Assembly: GCA_023139205.1 (NCBI GenBank)
Contig: JAGLOA010000004.1
Location: 1 to 57,484, forward strand
Reading direction: 5' to 3'
DNA length: 57,484 bases
From: Candidatus Pacearchaeota archaeon
GTDB lineage: Archaea; Nanobdellota; Nanobdellia; Pacearchaeales; GW2011-AR1
In this document: piece after piece, positions 8,569-18,828 of the stretch
Layout: every line of letters begins with the position of its first letter
Position numbering within the stretch: position 1 is the stretch's first letter
The notes under the pieces: generated by a model
What the model saw: only the letters and a program-made list of their open reading frames with translations
Databases searched by the model: none
What the model was told of the DNA's origin: nothing
Position numbers and translations under genes: made by a program

Positions 8569-8658
8569 TATCATTTGATTCGAAGCCTTGGGTTTCATTT
8601 GGATGCTAAGCAGACGAATGACGGAGAGTGAAACGACCCACGAATCCTTTTCCTGCAT
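8551..8658. mobile_element. short structured insert flanked by duplicated tRNA-Leu 3' end
   Basis: CGAATCCTTTTCTCCGCAT (8551-8569) vs CGAATCCTTTTC-CTGCAT (8641-8658); hairpin GAAGCC-TTG-GGTTTC in the insert. Confidence 0.6.
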
Positions 8659-8745
8659 TATCTTATCACAGATAATATATTAGAATTTGTCAGTCGCTTA
8701 AATTCAAGGAAGTTTTAAGTGCCTGCATTTGGTTCTCCACCTTGT

Positions 8746-11700
8746 CTACCTAACAGGAGTCCAAAATATATAAACAGGATGTCTATTATCTTTTAAAGAA
8801 ATTATTCTATATGTATAAACATGACACCACTCTTTCTCATATTTGTTTTTATTCTTAGACTTAGGAGAAACTAAGTCATCAGTACACTCTTGTCTTTTTT
8901 CTTTATCAATATTCCGAACTTTCTGACCTTTCTCCACATAATCCATCCAATCAAAAACTTTTGCCAATCTTGTTTCTTTATTAATCCATTTAATAAAAAT
9001 AACATTATGAGGAGCACCTTCACTATGAATGATAGACAACAAATCCCCTGGCTGGATCTGGTCTAATTTATCTCTCTCAGGAAAGTCTTCAAAGTCCGCG
9101 AACTTACAAGCACTTCTCAATTCTACACTCTCAGGAACAGCAAAAATTGAATTTCCAATTACTTCTTTAAATTTAACAAAATCAGTATCTATATTTGCAA
9201 AAGTATATTCCCTGCCAACATTATCTGTATAAACACATCTATGATTAAAACCTAATTTTTTATAAAGAGCCATTACTGCTGAAAAACAATTCTCTCCTCT
9301 TTCTGGAATAACAATTGTTCCTTCCAGTTTTTCAGCAAGTTCTAAAACTTGATTTCCTAAATCCTCCCCAGTTTGATCTTCAGAAGAAGAAGAAGAAGAA
9401 GAAGAAGATTCAACTGAAGAACTTTCTCTTTCTTTTTCTTGTTGCTCCAAATCAAACTCCCTTACCCTTAATTCATATTCATCTAAAATATCATCTTGAG
9501 ACATATCCACAAAAGATTTATCTTCTGGGAGTTCTTTTTTAATAATTGGAATCTTTTTATCCCTCTTTTCTTCTAATAACTCTTTCAACCAAACCATATC
9601 TTTTTCCTTAGTAAAAAGCCCTGTTTTTTTCATCTCTTCATATTCCTTCTCACTTAACATTCCTTCATTATAAATTTTATTAACTAATTCAAAATTATCA
9701 CACCAAGCATATATCCCCCCACGAGTCCTCTCCTTATTCCCACATGCCTCCCCTATATTCTTTTCAATCTGAGACTCAACATCCTTTATAGCTAAATTAT
9801 ATGTCTCTCTATCAATCCCTTCCCTCTCTGTTTGATATTCTTCTGAAGAAGCTTCAATCTCAAGAACTCCTTTTGATTTCATAGTATGCCTACGTTTCTC
9901 TTTTCCCTCTTCATCTATTTTATAACAATAAATCTTAGCATAATACTTTCCAGGATTAAATAAATTAAATGTTTTAGTTCCACCAATAAGAGTTGACATT
10001 CCAAAAATAGTCTCATCTCCAATATCCAAGGGTAAATGAACCTTATTTGAATTAATTTCATATTTTACAATATCACAACCATGCTCAACATTTAAGATAA
10101 TCTTATTATTTTCTTGTTTAAATTCCACAGAATCTATTTTATACGTCTTTAGAGCAGTAATTTTTTCATCTTCTTCTTCAACTTTTTCAGGTTCTTCTTC
10201 CTTTGAAGCTTCTTTAGTAATTCCAGAAATCGTTGGATTAAAGATTACATAAACAGGATGATTTCCTGTTTCACTTATGTCTGTTATCTGATATCCAAAA
10301 ACAAGTTCATTTTGTTCATTTCTCTGCCAACCAAACAATTTTGCAATTCCTTTCCGCTCATCAACCCACTTAATAAAAATAACATTATGACCATTCCAAG
10401 GATCTGAAACAATAGATAAAATATCTCCAGGTTGGATTTTATCATATTTTTGTTTTACATTTACATCTCCAGAATTATAACGACATGTATCGGGATAAAC
10501 TAAAAAAATAGTTTGCTCTTTATCATTCTTAGAAATGCCCATTTCTCTAACATATTTTTTATTGTCCCCAGAAGAATCTTTTTCCCATTCAAGCGAATAT
10601 TTTTTCCCAACTTCATCAGAATAAGAACACACTCCTGCTTCAACTCCTGCTTTCTTATAAACATACATAACAGAACTCCAACAACTAGCACCTTCTGTAC
10701 ATAAATACTCCTTTATGATATCTTTTGCTGCAGAACTCTCATCTAATTCTTCAACAACTCTCAAAACTCTTTGTCTAGGGTCAGTTAATTTCAAAATATC
10801 TTCTCCAATTTCAACTCCTCCATCTCCAACAACCCCTGCATTTGTAAAAATAAGAACAGCCCCTTCATCAAAACCCATTTCATTTAAACTATTTATTAAT
10901 TCAAGAGTGCTTTGAACAGGTTTTTTCCCGTCCCACTTCCCACCTTTAACAACTATTGTCTGAACATTCATCCAATTTTTTTTATCAAAAGACCATTCCC
11001 ATTCATCATTCTTATGCCTAAAATAAAGAGGTGTTGCTCCTTTTTTCCCAACAGTAAAAATTCCTTTATGAGATAACTCAACATTTTCTGTAGATAATTC
11101 TGTACCCCAACTACCAAGCATAGTCTTTCCTTCATCATCCTCAAGAGTTCTTTCTATCAACAAATTTAATCCTTGTTCAAAATTAGGATTTTCTTTTTTC
11201 AATAATTTTATAAATTTTTCATTCTTTTCACCAAAATACCAATCTCTCCATTTTTTATCTTCAACATCCATTTCCTGAATATTTCTCCAAGGTTCCTCAT
11301 CAACATACCATTCCCATCCTTGATTAGAATATTTATAATACAAATTCCCATCAGGTTTCCCATCCTTAAACTCAAACACAAGAGAATTATAATCCACAAA
11401 CTTCTCTTCTTCCTCTTCATCAAAAATCTCTTCTTCATCAATTTCTTCCTCATTAATTATTGTCTTTATCTCTGGCTTTCTAACCAAACCAGCATAAGCA
11501 TCTCCCCTCAATAAATGCAGCCGAGCTTTCTCACTATTATAAAAAACCTTCTCTAAAAGTTCATTTATTAAATCGATTTGCTCTAAACCCTTTTTACCCT
11601 TAATCTTCTCAATTTCATCAAAGAAATCCTTCTGAGAAATATAGCCATCTCTATTTCTTAATACTTCTAAATAATCGTCTGTAACACCATCTAAAACTTC

Positions 11701-14700
11701 CTTTTCTATAGTTGTTACTTCTATTACATCCTTAACACTTTTAGTATCAAGCCAGCACTTTATTTTTTTATCTCCGCAATATCCTACTTCCAACCATCTT
11801 GCTCCTTCTCCTCCTGACTTAGCATCTGTTCCTTTTCCAGGATTATCAGTTGCACAAATCCGTATAATTCCTCTATCGTAAATTGCAGGATTAATCACCT
11901 CATCTGCCCCACCCTGAAGATTAGGAGTCAGCAAACTATAAGCGCTTGCACTTCCTGCAATACATCCTGTCTCTGTCTTAATATTTGTTTCTCCTGCCTG
12001 ACTTGCTAAATACTTATCTTCAACATAATTAACTGCAAAATTAGTTGAAACCTGTTTAAACCCACACTCTGGCTCCTGGTTATTAACCATAATGCACATT
12101 TCCTGATAACCAGAAGGAGCAGTAAAATCCTTTGTCTCAGAAGCATATCCTCCTGACGCAATATAACCAGAATCAACCATTCTTGTTGTTGCAGTATCCT
12201 GATAAAATGAACTCTCTGAACTTCCCTTTAAATAAACCCTGTAATAAACTCCAGAATCTTTTCCTGCATAAATATGATAAAACACTTTATATTGTGAAAT
12301 AGGCGGAACAGTTGCAGATGTAAAAGGCATCTCATCAAATCTTCCATGAAACTGAGTAGGTGAATCTGGTTCTGTCAAAGAATCTAATAAATTTCCTCCG
12401 TCAGGAAAAACCCCGGAAACATAAGACTTGCAAATTTCTCCTCCAATATCCTCTGCACTTCTTGCTTTAAATGCATCATAAGAATTTGCAGCATAATAAT
12501 CAGTAAAATAATTTACAGAATTTTCTGCATTATCCCATGCACTTTGAACTCCTAAATACTCTCCTCCACCGCGAGTATTTTGCCCCATCGCCATTTCCAT
12601 CATTTTAGGAATCATTATTTTCGCAAGAGGAAGTGCCTGCTTCCATAAAAACTCACACATATAAACACTATAAATCTCGTCACAAACCCCAATCATCTCC
12701 CCAGTATCTAAACTATGCTGTAAACAATCTCTATAAGAAGTAAAAATAGAAAGAAACCCATCTACTCCTGCTTTTATTCCAGTAAGACAAACTGGAATAT
12801 AAATCCCCTCCTTAATATTTGGCAAACATAATACAATGCTTCCAATTATTCCTGACTGAACAACATCTTTAACAGGATATGCTCCTCCAAAATCACATCT
12901 GCTTGAAGGACAAATAACAGGGTCGCATACATTAAATAATAAATTACAATCTTTAGGAGACATAAAATCCTGGCACTTCATTTCAGGAATATCCACAGCA
13001 GGATTGCAAACCCTAACATCCTGTCCATTAATTCTTACACTCTTCCCTGAACTTGCTGATTTATATTTCCTGGAAGCTTCCTCAACAGCTTCCTGAGCAT
13101 CTCTTATAACTTTTGACGCATCTCCTGGACTTAAACCTGCAAAAGTATTATATGGCTGTCCTGTCCCAGTATTAATCATCTGACAAATATCATCTCCCCC
13201 TTTATTTTCCTCTATTTCATTTTCTCCAACATTGCACACCCAAAAACTCGTAACTCTTCCAGATTCATCATAAGATTTTATTCCTCCAAAAACAGGCAGT
13301 GTCTGACCCACATAAGCATACCATCCATTTTTCAAATCAAAAGGCACAATCGCAGGAAGCCCCTTATACGGCTCTGTCTCATAATATCTCAAACAAGCAT
13401 AAGACTCTCCCAAAGAAGCTTTGTAAGTATTTTCATAAGAAGTTCTGTCATATTTTTTAAAAGATTTAAATTTTCCAACAATATCTTTTCTTTCTTCCCC
13501 AACTTGAATAATTCCATTTTTAATTCCTTCATAATCATAAACTTTATCGACAATATAATCTCTATTTGCCCTTTCTAAAACAGCAACATATTTTTTTCCA
13601 TTATAAGTAATAATCTCTACAGGATAATTTATTTCCTTACCTTCTTCATTTTTATCTTCTAAATTTACTCCCTCAATCTGATTCGAAACAATAGTCCCAC
13701 CAGAATAAGTTCCTACAATAGAACCCTCCTCCCCATAAGAAGTAACACCTAATTCCAAGTTACTTTTTTTCAATTCTTCTGCAAGAGTTTCTCTTTCAAC
13801 ACTAACCTCTGAAGTTTCTTGTATCTCATAAAGTTTTGAATAAATTCTCGCCTTAGCCAGCTCATTTTTCGGATCATCTTCCAAAATAAAAAAATCCTTT
13901 TTAATATCCCTTAAATCATCCAAATAAAGATATTGATTTTTCTTTTTATTTGAAAAAGCATTATGAATTGTAGAACCTTCTGAAAACTTAATTGATTCAT
14001 CAGGATTATTTGGATTAATCATACCCTCCCCATAATTTTCTAAATCTTGAAAAATCTCAGGACGCAGTCCATCCAAAACTTCATCCTCATCATAAACTTT
14101 TTCACCAAACAATCCTTCAGTAACCCCAACTTCACTTTGTATTTTTTTCATCTTTTCATTTACTTTTTGCATTGCCTTATATTCTACCTCAACATCCTTA
14201 TCAATCTCATCTGCATTATCATTCAAACATTCATCTACAGAATCATAACCATCAGCACAACGTGCATACCATCCTCCTTCACCCCTCATAACTTCTTGTC
14301 TTGCAATTGCCTTTCCCCCAGTATTTGCAAAAAAGTTCTTAACAGTCAACATAGCACCAACACCCAGACAAGCTGTTTTAAGCCCCTTCACAACCTTCCC
14401 AAGATCATCAGAAATCTTTGTCCATTTTTCAATTGTCTCATTCAACCCCTCAATTATCTCCAAAGTTTTTTCAGGAGAAAGTTTTATTGACCTCTTTTCA
14501 ATTCCAATCTTAAAACTAAAATTTGCTTCTGTCCCGGCATTATCAATATTTGAAATAACAGAAACTTTTGCAATTTTTTTCAGATTTATTTTATCCACTC
14601 TAATTTTATATTTATTTTTGCCAAGATTCGCCTCATAATCATCAAGCTTAATTGTTTTAGTAGTTCCAACATTCATTAATTCACCAACCCTTTCTCTAAT

Positions 14701-16719
14701 GCTTAACTTAATTTTTATAGAATCCTCATCTAATTCAATTAATTCAATACTCTCACCTCCTAAAAGAAATACCTCTGCACCTTTCACCAGTCTCTTTGAT
14801 TCACGTATTTTCTTTCCAGTTTTTTCATCCTCTCCAGAAACAAAAACCTCTGCACCATATTCCTCAAAACTCGGCTCATAAATTCCTTCAAAAGAAATTG
14901 TTCTAACTCTCCCATTAATCATAATATTTTCACTTGATATTACAGAACTCGAAAGTTTATACTCATCATCACATAAATTTAAATTTTTCTTAGATTTAGG
15001 ATATCTTTCCTTAAACTCCCCGCATAAATCTATTACAGTTTTTTTCTGGTCCATATCCCATGCAAGTATTATTTTCCTATACAAAGCTTGTTCCCCATAA
15101 GTTATTTCATTAGCTCCATCAATATACTCTTCAGAAGAAAAACTATCCAAAATATTATCATAATCCCTCATTGCTTTTTCATAATATCCTTCTTCACCAA
15201 GTTCTCTATTTTGTGCTCCTGCAAAACCAATAAAATCCATTTCCTTTAAATTTTTCAATTCTTCCACACCTTTCTTCACAAGTAATTCCAACCCCTGAAG
15301 AACTGCCCCCCCAGGAATTAATGCTATTACTCCACGAACAATCATCTCAGTAGTACTCATTTCATTTTTACCAGAACTTTTTTCATAAATCCACCCAACA
15401 GGATAACTCCCGGTTATTAAAAAATTTCCAAAATTATAAAGCCCTCCTCCAGAAACAGAAAATGCTCCCTTCATTAAATTCAATAAAAAATTCCCAGTAT
15501 CCTGTTGAGCAATTTTAGTTAAACCATGTAATCTCTTATAAATTTGTGTATTTTTAAATTCCTCAGAATTTTTTGCAGGACTAACAACAGGGATAATAAA
15601 TTTAGTTCCATCAAAAGTTTCTCCAATATAACCTAAATAAACAAATTTATTTTTCCCCTCAACCTCATACAATTGATCACCAATTCCATAACCTTCTTCT
15701 TTTGCTCCATCAAAATCCAAAATCACTCTTGGGCTAATACTTAAAGAAAAAGCTTTTTCTCCTTTACAACGAATCTTAATTTCCTGAACAAGCCCTTGTT
15801 TTTTTATACTATTTTTTACAACATAACAATTATTCTCCAAAAAATTCTCTTTCTCCTTAACTTCAACAACATCAGAACCCACCCTTAATTTAATTCTTGT
15901 ATCTGGGACTTCAAAACCATTTAATTTTAATTCCAAACCAGCTAAACAATCAAATCCAGGAAGATAAATTTTCTTGGAAGTTTCTCCTTTTTCTAAACTA
16001 ACAGTTGAAATTTTTTTAACATCGTCATAAATTGAAATTACAGCTCCGTCATCATTAATTGATTCTGCTCTCAAATATCCTCTTCCATCCCAAAATCCAT
16101 ATTGAATCTGCTTATCCTCCCACTCTTCATCATTAAGTTCTGAAAGATAAAAACTTGCATCACCAATACCAAAAGCATTTTTAATATCATATTTTATTTT
16201 TGCTGTCAAACGTCCTTCAACATATTCCGGCATTTCTGAAGAATTTTTTTGTTTTTTCAAAACTATAACCACATAACCAATATTATTCAAAACAGGAGAA
16301 TTAAGATTTCCTCTAACACCTAAAGCTGCTTTTGCAGGATGAAACCCCACATCTGAAACAAACTCTCTTGAAAATTCTTTTTCTGGAAAAGAAATACTTT
16401 CAATTGCTTCAACATCAATCAAAGGATTAATTTTTGTTGCACCAAGCTGACAAAACACAGGAACATTTTGCTCTTCAAGCAAATCACTTCTGACAACAGC
16501 AGGAGTGCATCCAAAAGGAGCAATCTGAATAACAAAATCCTGTCCAGCCTCGCACATTGATTTATCAAACTCCTGATATCCCCCCAAGCCAGTTCCTCCA
16601 AAATAAGATGCTCCAAAATTTGTCTCTGTATAAACTCCTGAAATAAATGAACTAGAAAAAATTACTAAAATTCCAACTAACAAAAACATTCCAAAATTAA
16701 TTTTTTTATTTATTTTCAT
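8746..16719 (-). CDS. giant exported protein (2657 aa) with Cys-rich core and two C-terminal NlpC/P60-like domains
   Basis: N-terminal hydrophobic signal; C-terminal repeats CWSSVMYVYKKAG...IQPGDILS...GHNVIFIKW and CFSAVMALYKKLG...IQPGDLLS...PHNVIFIKW. Confidence 0.75.
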   Translation of the reverse strand: MKINKKINFGMFLLVGILVIFSSSFISGVYTETNFGASYFGGTGLGGYQEFDKSMCEAGQDFVIQIAPFGCTPAVVRSDLLEEQNVPVFCQLGATKINPLIDVEAIESISFPEKEFSREFVSDVGFHPAKAALGVRGNLNSPVLNNIGYVVIVLKKQKNSSEMPEYVEGRLTAKIKYDIKNAFGIGDASFYLSELNDEEWEDKQIQYGFWDGRGYLRAESINDDGAVISIYDDVKKISTVSLEKGETSKKIYLPGFDCLAGLELKLNGFEVPDTRIKLRVGSDVVEVKEKENFLENNCYVVKNSIKKQGLVQEIKIRCKGEKAFSLSISPRVILDFDGAKEEGYGIGDQLYEVEGKNKFVYLGYIGETFDGTKFIIPVVSPAKNSEEFKNTQIYKRLHGLTKIAQQDTGNFLLNLMKGAFSVSGGGLYNFGNFLITGSYPVGWIYEKSSGKNEMSTTEMIVRGVIALIPGGAVLQGLELLVKKGVEELKNLKEMDFIGFAGAQNRELGEEGYYEKAMRDYDNILDSFSSEEYIDGANEITYGEQALYRKIILAWDMDQKKTVIDLCGEFKERYPKSKKNLNLCDDEYKLSSSVISSENIMINGRVRTISFEGIYEPSFEEYGAEVFVSGEDEKTGKKIRESKRLVKGAEVFLLGGESIELIELDEDSIKIKLSIRERVGELMNVGTTKTIKLDDYEANLGKNKYKIRVDKINLKKIAKVSVISNIDNAGTEANFSFKIGIEKRSIKLSPEKTLEIIEGLNETIEKWTKISDDLGKVVKGLKTACLGVGAMLTVKNFFANTGGKAIARQEVMRGEGGWYARCADGYDSVDECLNDNADEIDKDVEVEYKAMQKVNEKMKKIQSEVGVTEGLFGEKVYDEDEVLDGLRPEIFQDLENYGEGMINPNNPDESIKFSEGSTIHNAFSNKKKNQYLYLDDLRDIKKDFFILEDDPKNELAKARIYSKLYEIQETSEVSVERETLAEELKKSNLELGVTSYGEEGSIVGTYSGGTIVSNQIEGVNLEDKNEEGKEINYPVEIITYNGKKYVAVLERANRDYIVDKVYDYEGIKNGIIQVGEERKDIVGKFKSFKKYDRTSYENTYKASLGESYACLRYYETEPYKGLPAIVPFDLKNGWYAYVGQTLPVFGGIKSYDESGRVTSFWVCNVGENEIEENKGGDDICQMINTGTGQPYNTFAGLSPGDASKVIRDAQEAVEEASRKYKSASSGKSVRINGQDVRVCNPAVDIPEMKCQDFMSPKDCNLLFNVCDPVICPSSRCDFGGAYPVKDVVQSGIIGSIVLCLPNIKEGIYIPVCLTGIKAGVDGFLSIFTSYRDCLQHSLDTGEMIGVCDEIYSVYMCEFLWKQALPLAKIMIPKMMEMAMGQNTRGGGEYLGVQSAWDNAENSVNYFTDYYAANSYDAFKARSAEDIGGEICKSYVSGVFPDGGNLLDSLTEPDSPTQFHGRFDEMPFTSATVPPISQYKVFYHIYAGKDSGVYYRVYLKGSSESSFYQDTATTRMVDSGYIASGGYASETKDFTAPSGYQEMCIMVNNQEPECGFKQVSTNFAVNYVEDKYLASQAGETNIKTETGCIAGSASAYSLLTPNLQGGADEVINPAIYDRGIIRICATDNPGKGTDAKSGGEGARWLEVGYCGDKKIKCWLDTKSVKDVIEVTTIEKEVLDGVTDDYLEVLRNRDGYISQKDFFDEIEKIKGKKGLEQIDLINELLEKVFYNSEKARLHLLRGDAYAGLVRKPEIKTIINEEEIDEEEIFDEEEEEKFVDYNSLVFEFKDGKPDGNLYYKYSNQGWEWYVDEEPWRNIQEMDVEDKKWRDWYFGEKNEKFIKLLKKENPNFEQGLNLLIERTLEDDEGKTMLGSWGTELSTENVELSHKGIFTVGKKGATPLYFRHKNDEWEWSFDKKNWMNVQTIVVKGGKWDGKKPVQSTLELINSLNEMGFDEGAVLIFTNAGVVGDGGVEIGEDILKLTDPRQRVLRVVEELDESSAAKDIIKEYLCTEGASCWSSVMYVYKKAGVEAGVCSYSDEVGKKYSLEWEKDSSGDNKKYVREMGISKNDKEQTIFLVYPDTCRYNSGDVNVKQKYDKIQPGDILSIVSDPWNGHNVIFIKWVDERKGIAKLFGWQRNEQNELVFGYQITDISETGNHPVYVIFNPTISGITKEASKEEEPEKVEEEDEKITALKTYKIDSVEFKQENNKIILNVEHGCDIVKYEINSNKVHLPLDIGDETIFGMSTLIGGTKTFNLFNPGKYYAKIYCYKIDEEGKEKRRHTMKSKGVLEIEASSEEYQTEREGIDRETYNLAIKDVESQIEKNIGEACGNKERTRGGIYAWCDNFELVNKIYNEGMLSEKEYEEMKKTGLFTKEKDMVWLKELLEEKRDKKIPIIKKELPEDKSFVDMSQDDILDEYELRVREFDLEQQEKERESSSVESSSSSSSSSEDQTGEDLGNQVLELAEKLEGTIVIPERGENCFSAVMALYKKLGFNHRCVYTDNVGREYTFANIDTDFVKFKEVIGNSIFAVPESVELRSACKFADFEDFPERDKLDQIQPGDLLSIIHSEGAPHNVIFIKWINKETRLAKVFDWMDYVEKGQKVRNIDKEKRQECTDDLVSPKSKNKNKYEKEWCHVYTYRIISLKDNRHPVYIFWTPVR
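9383..9408. repeat. (GAA)8 microsatellite encoding a poly-Ser linker on the minus strand
   Basis: Eight tandem GAA units; protein reads VESSSSSSSSSEDQ. Confidence 0.85.
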
Positions 16720-18563
16720 TTAAACAATATCTCCAAATCTTTTTCTTCAAATAAAATATAATTATCCTGAAGTTCTTCAATTGATTTTGGCAAATCCAAA
16801 CTCTCTGCATTTATTTCAATCACATTTGAATCACTTAATTCAGATTCTAAAATATAATAATTTTCTTTTCCTCCTCCAGACAACACCTCTGAAACAATCT
16901 GTTCAGGTATTTCAACATTAAAACATTTTTCCTGAGTCAGACCAAAAAACCCTCCTAAACCAGATTTAGGAACATCCATACATTGCTCATGAGTTGTCTT
17001 ATCTAATTTTAAAGAAGAACTTCTATAAATATAAACCTGAACCTCATACTGACCCTCGCTTAATTCAACAGCTTTTGTATCAGGATAAACAATTGTTTTT
17101 GAAGATTTATCCGAGATAAAACTGATCATTGCATTTTTTTGATAATTCTTTCCATCTAATTTTAATTCAACATCTAATTCATGAAGTTTATCAAGAACAA
17201 TATCAACACTTCCGTCTTCTGTTATGGAATATAAATATTTAGCGTCTTCAAAACCTTCTGCCTTTGCTAAAAGATACCCATTTACACACTGAGGGAAATA
17301 TTCTTCTAAAACTCCGTGTTTTGTTTTTCCAATATTACATGTTGTTCCAAAACATTCATAAGAAATATCTGTTTCAAGAGGATTCAAACTTGCATCATAA
17401 GTGCTAACATCAAGCAAAGTATTTTTATATTTGCACAATTCAGGAAGTCCAATTTCAACTGCACTAACATCCAAAGCTTCTCTTGGTTTATTTCCCTGGA
17501 CTACAATTGCTACAGGAAACTGAAAAATTTCTTCCCCGCTATAAACCTGAATTAAAACAGGATATTTAACATTATAAACAAAATGATATGGCACATAACA
17601 AAAACCTAAAATTCCTAAACCAGGCTGATTTCCAACAGGTTTTGCAATTAAAATACTTTCTTCAGAAGGAGCAACTTCAAAACTACTTGCCCAACTCTTT
17701 GAATTAATAAACATAACATCTGCATCAACAGAAACATCCACAATAAAATATTTATTTTCTTTATTTCTTAAAGAATAATCTCCTCCCTGAACTTTCAAAG
17801 CCAGGGTATTTGCTTCAATTGCTTCTTGCAATTCATCAAAAATTTCACCAGCCTCCCAAGTCACAGGAGAACAAGTTAATTCAACACCATCAACAGGAGC
17901 ATAAAGCCGTAATGTATCCACAGCATAATTCTCTAAAAATAAACTTTTCTGCTCATATTCATAAATTTTTTTCGCAGAATCATAAAGTGTTCCTAATTTT
18001 GACTTAACCACCACTCTGTGAGTTTTAATTAATGCACTATCTTCTTCTTTTTTTACATCTAATCTCATATCTAAACTAACTTCAACCTCATTATCCCCAA
18101 TAATTACTTTTGCCTTTGGTTCCCCATAACTAATTTCAAATCCCTGCTCATAATATTTATCAAACATACATTCAGTTATCTTCTCGTCTATAAATGCTCC
18201 TAGTTGATCTTCCATATTTCTCTTAGAAGGTACCTGTTCTTTCTGAATATTATTTCCAGAAACATAATACCAATAAGGAATAGGATTTCCCAAAAAATTA
18301 AGTTGAGATGAAAAAGGCATATAAGACGAACCATGTTCAAAATCTGGCAGAGAAATATAACCTGCCTGACTTTCTAAAACATCTATCCCTACTAAAGTAT
18401 CCTCTTCTATACAAGATAAAAAACTAGTATAAACCGGCTCTATACTTGCAGGAATTTTTTCAGTAATAAAAGAATTTCTAAATATAAAAAAACCAACAAT
18501 TGAAGAAACTAAAATTATCGCGATGACAATAAAAATTGTTATTTGCCCAGATTTATTTTTCAT
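16716..18563 (-). CDS. class III (prepilin-like) signal peptide protein, 615 aa
   Basis: MKNKSGQ-ITIFIVIAIILV: basic residues, GQ, then a hydrophobic stretch; overlaps the start of the giant ORF by 4 nt. Confidence 0.7.
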   Translation of the reverse strand: MKNKSGQITIFIVIAIILVSSIVGFFIFRNSFITEKIPASIEPVYTSFLSCIEEDTLVGIDVLESQAGYISLPDFEHGSSYMPFSSQLNFLGNPIPYWYYVSGNNIQKEQVPSKRNMEDQLGAFIDEKITECMFDKYYEQGFEISYGEPKAKVIIGDNEVEVSLDMRLDVKKEEDSALIKTHRVVVKSKLGTLYDSAKKIYEYEQKSLFLENYAVDTLRLYAPVDGVELTCSPVTWEAGEIFDELQEAIEANTLALKVQGGDYSLRNKENKYFIVDVSVDADVMFINSKSWASSFEVAPSEESILIAKPVGNQPGLGILGFCYVPYHFVYNVKYPVLIQVYSGEEIFQFPVAIVVQGNKPREALDVSAVEIGLPELCKYKNTLLDVSTYDASLNPLETDISYECFGTTCNIGKTKHGVLEEYFPQCVNGYLLAKAEGFEDAKYLYSITEDGSVDIVLDKLHELDVELKLDGKNYQKNAMISFISDKSSKTIVYPDTKAVELSEGQYEVQVYIYRSSSLKLDKTTHEQCMDVPKSGLGGFFGLTQEKCFNVEIPEQIVSEVLSGGGKENYYILESELSDSNVIEINAESLDLPKSIEELQDNYILFEEKDLEILFK

Positions 18564-18690
18564 TTTTCACCTTTAAACCCAATTTCTCTTTTATCAAATT
18601 TATAATTTCTGTATTAAGATCCTTATGAATAATCTCTTTAAATTTCTCCCAAAGTTTCTCATCTTCTATAAGAAGCAAATATTTTTTCAT
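18553..18690 (-). CDS. small ribbon-helix-helix-like regulator (45 aa)
   Basis: Manual translation MKKYLLLIEDEKLWEKFKEIIHKDLNTEIINLIKEKLGLKVKNEK*; strand-helix-helix pattern; overlaps next gene start by 11 nt. Confidence 0.55.
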   Translation of the reverse strand: MKKYLLLIEDEKLWEKFKEIIHKDLNTEIINLIKEKLGLKVKNEK

Positions 18691-18744
18691 TTAATAAACC
18701 TCTTTTAACAATTATCTCTAATAAAATAAGTATATAAATGTTTA

Positions 18745-18771
18745 TTATTAACTTACTAAGTAAGTTAATAA
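18745..18771. promoter_or_regulatory. perfect 12-bp inverted repeat, operator candidate
   Basis: TTATTAACTTAC-TAA-GTAAGTTAATAA, about 6 nt upstream of minus-strand TATA box TTTATATA (18731-18738). Confidence 0.65.
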
Positions 18772-18828
18772 ATTAGTAACAAAAATTGTTTTTAAAATTA
18801 TCTATATAAAGTCCATTAAAGAACTAAC

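Noticed and set aside
8569-8640. Hammerhead ribozyme in the tRNA-Leu trailer (CAGACGA...GAAAC)
   Set aside because: The core deviates from CUGANGA and stems II/III cannot be closed cleanly around a GUH site.
8652-8729. Third CCTGCATT echo of the tRNA-Leu end at 8722-8729
   Set aside because: Only 8 nt; not enough to call a second insertion.
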